In this document: piece after piece, positions 56,802-64,000 of the stretch
How the letters are laid out: each line of letters starts with the position of its first letter
How positions within the stretch are numbered: the stretch's first letter is position 1
Source of the DNA: an uncultured delta proteobacterium
Lineage (GTDB): Bacteria > Desulfobacterota > Desulfobacteria > Desulfobacterales > UBA11574
Assembly: GCA_963790095.1 (NCBI GenBank)
Contig: CAWBNO010000022.1
Location: 1,985-65,984 of the forward strand
Direction: 5' to 3'
DNA: 64,000 nt
Notes under the pieces: generated by a model
What the model was told of the DNA's origin: nothing
The model's input: only the letters and a program-made list of their open reading frames with translations
Databases searched by the model: none
Translations under genes and position numbers: made by a program

Positions 56802-57577
56802 TGATGGCCATTTTATTAAAAAAAAGACAACCCCCTGCCATTCATAGACGTCTTGCTCTTTGTGGTCTTTTTGTTTTTCTCTTTTTCGGATGTGCAACCG
56901 TCGAGCCTCCGCCGACCCCTCCCGGGCAGCCGAAACCCTATAAAATCGGGAAAAACTGGTATCAGCCGCTGGCCCATGCACAAGGGTTTAACCAGCGGGG
57001 CCGAGCATCCTGGTACGGTAGGGACTTTCACGGGAAAAAGACATCCAACGGCGAAACCTATAATATGTATGCCATGACCGCTGCCCACAAAACCCTCCCC
57101 TTTGGCACCTATGTCCGCGTACATAATTTGGAAAACAACCGAAAAATCGACGTCAGGATTAACGACCGGGGGCCTTTTGCCCGGGGGCGGATCATCGACC
57201 TCTCTTATACTGCGGCAAAAAAACTCGGCGTTGTGGGACCCGGTACGGCGGATGTTGAAATTATAGCACTCGGCACACCCAATCCATCGGACATAACCAA
57301 AAGCACCGATCAATCCTATTCGCCGTCGAATTATTATCAGGGAAATTTTACCATTCAGATCGGGGCCTTCAGTGAGTGGACCAACGCTGAAAGACTCCGG
57401 GAAAAGCTTGCTCGATCCTACAAAAATGTCCACATCAAAGCCTATTTCGATGGGAATGCCACTTTATATCGGGTACGGGTAGGCAAATATTCGAGCCTGG
57501 AAGAAGCAGACAGGAATGAAGAATTCATGATCCAAAACGGATATAAGAATGCATTTGCAATTGCGATGGATAATTGA
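56801..57577 (+). CDS. rlpA: Septal-ring lytic transglycosylase RlpA-family lipoprotein (DPBB + SPOR)
   Basis: Lipobox FFGC, ASWYGRDFHGKKTSNGETYN, VRINDRGPF and a C-terminal SPOR domain. Confidence 0.9.
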   Translation: MMAILLKKRQPPAIHRRLALCGLFVFLFFGCATVEPPPTPPGQPKPYKIGKNWYQPLAHAQGFNQRGRASWYGRDFHGKKTSNGETYNMYAMTAAHKTLPFGTYVRVHNLENNRKIDVRINDRGPFARGRIIDLSYTAAKKLGVVGPGTADVEIIALGTPNPSDITKSTDQSYSPSNYYQGNFTIQIGAFSEWTNAERLREKLARSYKNVHIKAYFDGNATLYRVRVGKYSSLEEADRNEEFMIQNGYKNAFAIAMDN

Positions 57578-58176
57578 CGATTCGAGAACACATACTGCAA
57601 AAAGTCGCCTTTCTGGACCGTGACGGCGTGATTAACCGGGATTCGGCGGATTATATAAAGCACTGGTCTGAATTTGAGTTTCTGCCAAAAAGTTTAGAGG
57701 CTTTAAAGAAACTCAAACAGAATGGGTTTACCACCATTGTCATCACCAACCAGTCGGTTATCAATCGTAAGATGGTATCCAGAGAAGGACTCCGCCATAT
57801 TCATACCCGAATGAAGGCCAGTGTTCAATCCAGCGGAGGTGAAATCACAGATATATTCTTTTGCCCCCATACACCCGAAGACCGGTGCCATTGCCGGAAA
57901 CCAAAACCGGGATTGATTTATCAGGCAAAAAAAAGATACCGGATCGACCTTTCCACTGCTGTCATGGTTGGGGATAGTGCAAAGGACATCGAATGTGCTC
58001 GGAATGCGGGCTGCAGATATGCGCTTCTGGTCGAAACCGGTAATGGCATCCAGGCTGAAAAAATATTAAAAGAAAAATCGATCCATCCGGACCATGTGGT
58101 CCCGGACCTTTTCAACGCCGTTGACTGGATAATCACCCGTTACAAATCCCCAGACCATTCGGACCACCGGCATTGA
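57574..58176 (+). CDS. gmhB: D-glycero-D-manno-heptose-1,7-bisphosphate phosphatase (HAD-IIIA)
   Basis: FLDRDGVIN, TNQS and GDSAKD motifs. TTG start overlapping the rlpA stop. Confidence 0.8.
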   Translation: MTIREHILQKVAFLDRDGVINRDSADYIKHWSEFEFLPKSLEALKKLKQNGFTTIVITNQSVINRKMVSREGLRHIHTRMKASVQSSGGEITDIFFCPHTPEDRCHCRKPKPGLIYQAKKRYRIDLSTAVMVGDSAKDIECARNAGCRYALLVETGNGIQAEKILKEKSIHPDHVVPDLFNAVDWIITRYKSPDHSDHRH

Positions 58177-58178
58177 TC

Positions 58179-60365
58179 ATGAACAGGCCCCTCCCCATAA
58201 CCACCCTTGAAGGTGAGTTGGAAAGAATCACCTATTCTAATCCCGAGACCCATTATACCATCGCAAAATTAAAAACGAGCAAGACCCACAATATGGTGAC
58301 CATCGTGGGGTCTATGCCGGCTGTCATACCGGGACAATTCCTTAAAATTGAAGGGGCCTGGGAAACCCATCCTAAATATGGCCAGCAGTTCAAAATTGCG
58401 TCATATGAGGAGACGTTGCCGGCAACCATTAGCGGTATCCAAAAATATTTGGCCTCCGGCATTGTCAAGGGGATCGGGCCTTCAACAGCCCAAAGAATGA
58501 TCCGTTGTTTTGGCGCCAGGACTTTTGAAATCATAGAAAAAAACCCTGAAAAACTCGTGGAAGTGGACGGCGTCGGACCTGCAAAAGCAGCGTTGATATG
58601 TGATGCCTGGAAATACAATCATGCCGCAAGGGGCGTCATGCAGTTATTGCAAAATGCAGGGGTGAAAACCGCCTATTGTGCAAAAATACTTAAAACTTAC
58701 GGTGCGGATGCGGTCAATATTATCCAAAGTGATCCCTACCGTTTGGCCGGCGATATTCCCGGAATCGGTTTTTATTTTGCGGACAAAATTGCGCTCAAGC
58801 TCGGTGTATCAAGGGATGACACCCAGCGTGTGAAGGCTTGCATCCGCCATGTGATCGAGCAATTTATCCATGAGGGTCACGTCTTTATTTTTGAACATCA
58901 CTTGGTTGCCCAGTGTGCAAACCTTTTTTACCTTGAAGCCGATATCACCCGATATTCCATGGAGAAATTATCGGAAGACGGAGAACTGGTGATTGAAAAT
59001 TCCCCGGATACTCCTGAAAACAGAATCGTTTACTTGAAAGAAATTCACCGGGCGGAAACCGGTATATCCAATCGCCTGAAAGCCCTGTTGTCGGTCCCGG
59101 TAACACCGCCCACAATAGATGCGGAACGAATTTCAAAAGAAGTTCAAAAGAAATTGGCCATCAAACTTTCCCGGGAACAAATTGACGTCCTTGAAAAAAT
59201 TCTATCCCATCGTGCGGTGATTATTACCGGGGGGCCTGGAACCGGCAAAACAACCCTGATTCGATCTGTGAATGCTGTTTTTGAAGCCCTCGGGAAACGG
59301 GTTCTTCTTGCAGCGCCAACCGGTCGCGCAGCCAGACGGCTGTCCGAGGTTACCCGAAGGAATGCAAAAACCATTCACAGATTATTGGGCGTTAACTTTA
59401 AAGACGGCCTGTTCGATAAGAACCGGGACAACCCCTTGGACGCGGATGCAGTCATTATTGATGAAGCGTCCATGGTGGATACCCTTTTGATGTTTCATCT
59501 GATCGATGCGGTCCCCATGACCGCTGTTCTGGTACTGGTCGGTGACGTTTTCCAGCTTCCGTCAATAGGTCCCGGAAATGTTCTTTCCGACATGATAAAA
59601 TCAGCCCGTGCACCGACATTTTATCTCAAGAAGATTTTCAGGCAGGCTCATAAAAGCCCCATTGTGTCTAACGCTCACAGAATTCGCCAGGGTGAGTTCC
59701 CGGTCTTCAAGCCGCTGGACCCTGCCGAAAGCCTTTCCGAGTTTTATTTTATAGAAGAGAATGATCCCAACACGGTTGTCGCCACGATTCTTGAATTGTG
59801 CAACAAAATAATTCCTGAACGGTTTAACGTCGATCCGGTGCATGACGTTCAGATTCTAACCCCCATGCATAAAGGCGTCATCGGCACCACCCATCTTAAC
59901 CAGGTTTTGCAGGAGGTATTGAACCCAAATCCGGTGATCGTCGAAACCAGAGGCAGTCGATTCAAAATTGGAGACAAGGTCATGCACCTTAAAAACAACT
60001 ATCAAAAAGAAGTTTTCAATGGAGATATCGGGACCATACGCACTGTTGACGTAAAAGAAAATGTCTTTTCCGTGGACTTCTATGGAAGGACGGTAAGTTA
60101 CGATTTTACGGAGATGGATGAAATATCCCTGGCCTATGCCATATCTGTTCATAAATCACAGGGATCCGAATATCCGGCCGTCATATTACCGATAATGACC
60201 CAGCATTTTGTTCTTCTCCAAAGAAATCTTTTATACACGGCTATTACACGGGGTAAGAAGCTGGTAATTCTAATCGGCACCAAAAAAGCCCTGGCAATTG
60301 CACTCAAAAACGATACGCCCAAAAAACGTCTTTCCGGCCTTGCTTTCAGACTTAAACAGAATTAA
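58179..60365 (+). CDS. recD2: RecD2-type SF1 ATP-dependent DNA helicase
   Basis: About 728 aa: ITGGPGTGKTT, IIDEASM, SVHKSQGSE and an N-terminal HhH region. The track start is TTG 58173. Confidence 0.9.
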   Translation: MNRPLPITTLEGELERITYSNPETHYTIAKLKTSKTHNMVTIVGSMPAVIPGQFLKIEGAWETHPKYGQQFKIASYEETLPATISGIQKYLASGIVKGIGPSTAQRMIRCFGARTFEIIEKNPEKLVEVDGVGPAKAALICDAWKYNHAARGVMQLLQNAGVKTAYCAKILKTYGADAVNIIQSDPYRLAGDIPGIGFYFADKIALKLGVSRDDTQRVKACIRHVIEQFIHEGHVFIFEHHLVAQCANLFYLEADITRYSMEKLSEDGELVIENSPDTPENRIVYLKEIHRAETGISNRLKALLSVPVTPPTIDAERISKEVQKKLAIKLSREQIDVLEKILSHRAVIITGGPGTGKTTLIRSVNAVFEALGKRVLLAAPTGRAARRLSEVTRRNAKTIHRLLGVNFKDGLFDKNRDNPLDADAVIIDEASMVDTLLMFHLIDAVPMTAVLVLVGDVFQLPSIGPGNVLSDMIKSARAPTFYLKKIFRQAHKSPIVSNAHRIRQGEFPVFKPLDPAESLSEFYFIEENDPNTVVATILELCNKIIPERFNVDPVHDVQILTPMHKGVIGTTHLNQVLQEVLNPNPVIVETRGSRFKIGDKVMHLKNNYQKEVFNGDIGTIRTVDVKENVFSVDFYGRTVSYDFTEMDEISLAYAISVHKSQGSEYPAVILPIMTQHFVLLQRNLLYTAITRGKKLVILIGTKKALAIALKNDTPKKRLSGLAFRLKQN

Positions 60366-60561
60366 CATGTAATGAAGCCCCGCTCCCCCAAGAGACGGAA
60401 TCTCGTCCGTACGCCGCCAAAAGGCGGGGTATTGGAAAGCAAAATAAATATGTATTAAAAATCTTGACAATGCTTATTATTTCAATTAGTTAAACTTCAA
60501 CATTGACAACGTATGGATTTAAATAACATTTCAACAAAAACAAATAGTTAGGTGGTTAATT

Positions 60562-60738
60562 ATGGCAGTTCCAAAACGAAAAACATCAAAATCAAAGCGG
60601 GATAAGCGGCGGACGCATCAAAAAATTGCAGGCCCCAATCTCACCAGTTGTCCCCAGTGCGGGGAAGCCAGGCTTCCACACCATGCATGCCACAGTTGCG
60701 GTACGTATAAGGGCCGCACTGTAATCGAAACCGAATAG
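60562..60738 (+). CDS. rpmF: 50S ribosomal protein L32
   Basis: My own translation gives MAVPKRKTSKSKRDKRRTHQKIAGPNLTSCPQCGEARLPHHACHSCGTYKGRTVIETE. At 58 aa it falls below the track's size cut-off. Confidence 0.9.
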   Translation: MAVPKRKTSKSKRDKRRTHQKIAGPNLTSCPQCGEARLPHHACHSCGTYKGRTVIETE

Positions 60739-60858
60739 TTTTGATGGTTTCCTAAAAAGATTTTTTACGCGACCGGTGAACGTTTTTGAGATTCTTGAAA
60801 ATATTGTTCCTTCAAAAATTTCAACGGTTCCTTCATTTCCAATATACAGGGTAATATC

Positions 60859-61350
60859 ATGTCCGGAAACACAACACCCCTGGTGATCGGCAGTGATCAT
60901 GCGGCATATGATTTGAAAGAAAAAATCAAAGCATTCTTGGTGGAACAGTCCATCGATGTTGAAGATGTGGGATGCTTCAGTGAAAATTCGGTGGACTATC
61001 CGGACTATGGTGTCAAGGTCGCATCATTGGTTTCATCGGGCAAATTTTCCCGTGGGATTCTGTTGTGCGGCACAGGGATCGGCATGTCCATGGTTGCCAA
61101 TAAATTCTCTCATGTCAGGGCGGCCCTGTGTTCAGATCTTTTTTCCGCTATCATGAGCAGACGACACAACGATTCCAATATATTGGTCTTGGGGGCACGT
61201 GTTATCGGAGACGTGCTTGCTCTGGAAATCGTCAGGGTCTGGCTGGAGACACCCTTTGAGGGAGGACGGCATCTTCGCCGGCTGGAAAAATTTGATCGGC
61301 TTGATACGGATGTGAAGCACGGCTGTTCCGACGGATCTGTTGGCGGTTAA
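60859..61350 (+). CDS. rpiB: Ribose-5-phosphate isomerase B
   Basis: IGSDHAAYDLKE...LLCGTGIGMSMVANK...RRHNDSNILVLGARV. Confidence 0.9.
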   Translation: MSGNTTPLVIGSDHAAYDLKEKIKAFLVEQSIDVEDVGCFSENSVDYPDYGVKVASLVSSGKFSRGILLCGTGIGMSMVANKFSHVRAALCSDLFSAIMSRRHNDSNILVLGARVIGDVLALEIVRVWLETPFEGGRHLRRLEKFDRLDTDVKHGCSDGSVGG

Positions 61351-61419
61351 ACCGTCCACCGGCAACCGTCGAAACCATGGTTACAGTTTCGCGTTCTAAG
61401 CCAAACAAGGAAAAAATAT

Positions 61420-62682
61420 TTGGACTTTAGACTCATCGAAAAAGTAGATCCCGAGATTGCCCGGGCAATTTCCATGGAAATCGACCGGCAGACCAACACG
61501 TTGGAGCTTATTGCATCGGAAAATATTGCAAGCCCTGCGGTCATGGCTGCCCAGGCAAGTGTACTTACCAATAAATATGCCGAAGGCTATCCGGATAAAC
61601 GGTATTACGGCGGGTGCGAATATGTCGATGTTGTTGAGAAACTTGCAGTCAGTCGCGCAAAAAAACTATTTAAAGCCCCGTATGCGAATGTTCAGCCCCA
61701 CTCGGGTTCCCAAGCCAATATGGCCGTATATTTTGCGCTGTTAGATCCGGGAGATACGGTCATGGGAATGAGTTTGTCCCATGGAGGACACCTGACCCAT
61801 GGCAGTTCGGCCAGTTTTTCGGGAAAACTCTATAATTTTATTCACTATGGCGTAAATGCAGATACCGGTACCATCGACTATGAAGACGTGGCACGATTGG
61901 TAAAAAAGCATCGGCCAAAGTTGATCGTTGCCGGTGCCAGTGCCTATCCGCGTATCATAGATTTCGAAGCCTTCTCACAAATGGCGGCGTCGGTAAACGC
62001 ATATTTAATGGTGGATATGGCCCATATCGCGGGTCTTGTGGCCGCCGGACTTCATCCATCTCCCGTACCCTTTGCCGATGTGGTAACTTCAACAACGCAC
62101 AAAACGTTAAGGGGGCCGCGGGGCGGCCTGATTCTGGCACGAACCGATTACGGCACCCGGCTGAATAAGGAAATATTCCCCGGAATTCAAGGCGGACCGC
62201 TCATGCATGTTATTGCGGCCAAAGCGGTTGCTTTCAAAGAAGCCTTGAGCGAATCATTCAAGACCTATCAGAAAGATATCGTGAAAAATGCGGATGCTCT
62301 TGCCGGCCATCTCATGGATAGCGGTTTAACACTGGTTTCCAACGGTACCGACAACCATATGATGATCGTGGATTTGAGAAATTTGAAAATAACAGGGAAA
62401 GATGCTGAAGACGCCTTGGGCCATGCCGGAATTACCGTGAACAAAAATTCCATACCCTTTGAGACCCTCGGCCCTGCGGTGACCAGTGGTATCCGTATCG
62501 GGACCCCCGCAATTACCACCAGGGGCATGCAAGCGCCTGAAATGAAATCAATTGCAGAACTTATTGTCCATGTGCTTCAAAATCCCACGGATGATAAAAT
62601 TATTGCAACGACAAAGAAAACCGTGTTTGAGCTCTGCCAAGCGTTTCCCCTGTATCAAAACTGGCACAAAGAGGTGGAATAA
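61420..62682 (+). CDS. glyA: Serine hydroxymethyltransferase
   Basis: 420 aa: [12 protein letters not shown]...[11 protein letters not shown]...[15 protein letters not shown] start with AAGGA upstream. Confidence 0.95.
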   Translation: MDFRLIEKVDPEIARAISMEIDRQTNTLELIASENIASPAVMAAQASVLTNKYAEGYPDKRYYGGCEYVDVVEKLAVSRAKKLFKAPYANVQPHSGSQANMAVYFALLDPGDTVMGMSLSHGGHLTHGSSASFSGKLYNFIHYGVNADTGTIDYEDVARLVKKHRPKLIVAGASAYPRIIDFEAFSQMAASVNAYLMVDMAHIAGLVAAGLHPSPVPFADVVTSTTHKTLRGPRGGLILARTDYGTRLNKEIFPGIQGGPLMHVIAAKAVAFKEALSESFKTYQKDIVKNADALAGHLMDSGLTLVSNGTDNHMMIVDLRNLKITGKDAEDALGHAGITVNKNSIPFETLGPAVTSGIRIGTPAITTRGMQAPEMKSIAELIVHVLQNPTDDKIIATTKKTVFELCQAFPLYQNWHKEVE

Positions 62683-62684
62683 AA

Positions 62685-63155
62685 GTGGCAGAGAGAAGCA
62701 ACCGACCTTCGTGGGAAGCCTATTTTATGGACATCACGTCTTTGGTGGCCCGGCGTTCCACATGTCTCCGGAGATCGGTCGGCGCCATCATCGTAAAAGA
62801 CAAAAGAATCTTGTCCACCGGGTACAACGGTGCGCCCACCGGCATTAAACACTGCCTTGAAACAGGATGCCTTCGGGAGAAACTGAATATCGCCTCCGGT
62901 GAAAATCATGAGCTTTGTCGAGGGATACATGCCGAACAAAATGCGATCATTCAGGCCGCTTATCATGGTGTTACCATAAAGGGTGCATCACTTTTCTGTA
63001 CCAACCTGCCCTGTTCCATATGTGCCAAGATGATTATCAACGCAGGAATACGTAGCATTTTTTACGCGTCTGGTTACGCAGACTCCATGTCCGAAGAAAT
63101 GTTGAAGGAAGCGGGTATTGACGTCATAAAGATCGATGTCGACCCGTTCGAATAA
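62685..63155 (+). CDS. Deoxycytidylate (dCMP) deaminase / ComEB-family cytidine-deaminase-fold protein
   Basis: HAEQNAI and PCSICAKMI zinc motifs. Confidence 0.85.
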   Translation: MAERSNRPSWEAYFMDITSLVARRSTCLRRSVGAIIVKDKRILSTGYNGAPTGIKHCLETGCLREKLNIASGENHELCRGIHAEQNAIIQAAYHGVTIKGASLFCTNLPCSICAKMIINAGIRSIFYASGYADSMSEEMLKEAGIDVIKIDVDPFE

Positions 63156-63191
63156 CCATCAATAATACGAGATAGCGCCAGGGAGGGATTC

Positions 63192-63647
63192 ATGAAGTGT
63201 CCATTTTGCGGAGAAATAGACAACAAAGTGATCGACTCTAGATTGAGTAAAGATGGGAATGTCATCCGGAGACGCAGGGAATGCATTTTATGTAGCAGAC
63301 GATTTACAACTTACGAACATATTGAAGATATCCCCGTCATGATTGTTAAAAAAGATGGGCGGCGTGAAGTTTTTTCCCGGGAGAAGGTCCGTTCGGGTCT
63401 CCAAAAGGCATGTCAGAAACGGGATATCAGCGTAAATGTCATCGACGAGTTCCTCGACGAGCTGGAACGCGATCTCAGAGAAACCGGTGAAAAGGAGATA
63501 CCTTCCCACAAAATCGGTGAAAAGATCATGGCAAAACTTCATGATTTAGATGATGTCGCATATGTAAGGTTTGCTTCAGTATACAGGGAATTCAAGGATG
63601 TAAATGATTTTGTTTCTGAATTAAAACATCTTTTGAGCAGGCATTAA
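63192..63647 (+). CDS. nrdR: Transcriptional repressor NrdR
   Basis: [17 protein letters not shown]...[16 protein letters not shown] plus an ATP-cone. Confidence 0.95.
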   Translation: MKCPFCGEIDNKVIDSRLSKDGNVIRRRRECILCSRRFTTYEHIEDIPVMIVKKDGRREVFSREKVRSGLQKACQKRDISVNVIDEFLDELERDLRETGEKEIPSHKIGEKIMAKLHDLDDVAYVRFASVYREFKDVNDFVSELKHLLSRH

Positions 63648-63688
63648 ATATGATGCGTTCGAAGAACGCCAAACGCATCCGAGGTTAG

Positions 63689-64000
<312 letters not shown>

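Overview
This looks like a chromosomal window from a sulfate-reducer-like deltaproteobacterium (Desulfobacteraceae-type). That assignment is inferred from gene content and no database was searched.

Gene content:
- Left end (1-9.3 kb): a giant secreted multidomain protein. The ORF track misses it because it runs off the edge. Next to it lie a paralogous membrane protein split by a frameshift, a MerR regulator and a TPR/periplasmic-binding lipoprotein.
- 9.6-26.5 kb, housekeeping genes: pepA, higBA, ssb, tatA, mrcA, hisIG, an aminotransferase, engB, era, an ATP-grasp protein, a small HNH endonuclease and a DHH phosphoesterase.
- 26.6-36.3 kb, a methylthioadenosine-salvage-like neighbourhood: a B12-radical-SAM enzyme, an AhbA/B-like protein, mtnA, a CBS protein, two divergent MtaD-like deaminases and a purine nucleoside phosphorylase. 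It also holds a truncated adenine deaminase.
- 36.8-45.4 kb, a redox cluster: an HdrL-type HdrA and an MvhD, both with in-frame TGA (selenocysteine) codons that the ORF track splits, followed by Flx/Asr-like Fe-S and FAD subunits.
- 45.7-52.3 kb: RseC, a convergent NuoEFG-like flavoprotein module, a cNMP-binding protein and a frameshifted RACo-like 2Fe-2S/ASKHA gene.
- 52.3-64 kb: an MFS transporter, hsp20, lon, rlpA, gmhB, recD2, rpmF (below the track's size cut-off), rpiB, glyA, a dCMP deaminase, nrdR and a partial ribD.

I recognised no rRNA, tRNA, CRISPR array, transposase or integrase.

The most unusual property is non-coding. Almost every intergenic gap is filled by long imperfect-hairpin repeat elements. 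There are at least seven recurring families plus singletons. In most families the arms are degenerate 5-7-nt tandem repeats. Some copies are near-identical and inverted, and several abut start or stop codons. One still encloses a truncated four-helix-bundle (23S-rRNA-IVS-protein-type) gene.

The track uses GTG/TTG as M and omits edge-truncated ORFs, so several starts were re-set. Repeat coordinates are approximate (a few nt).
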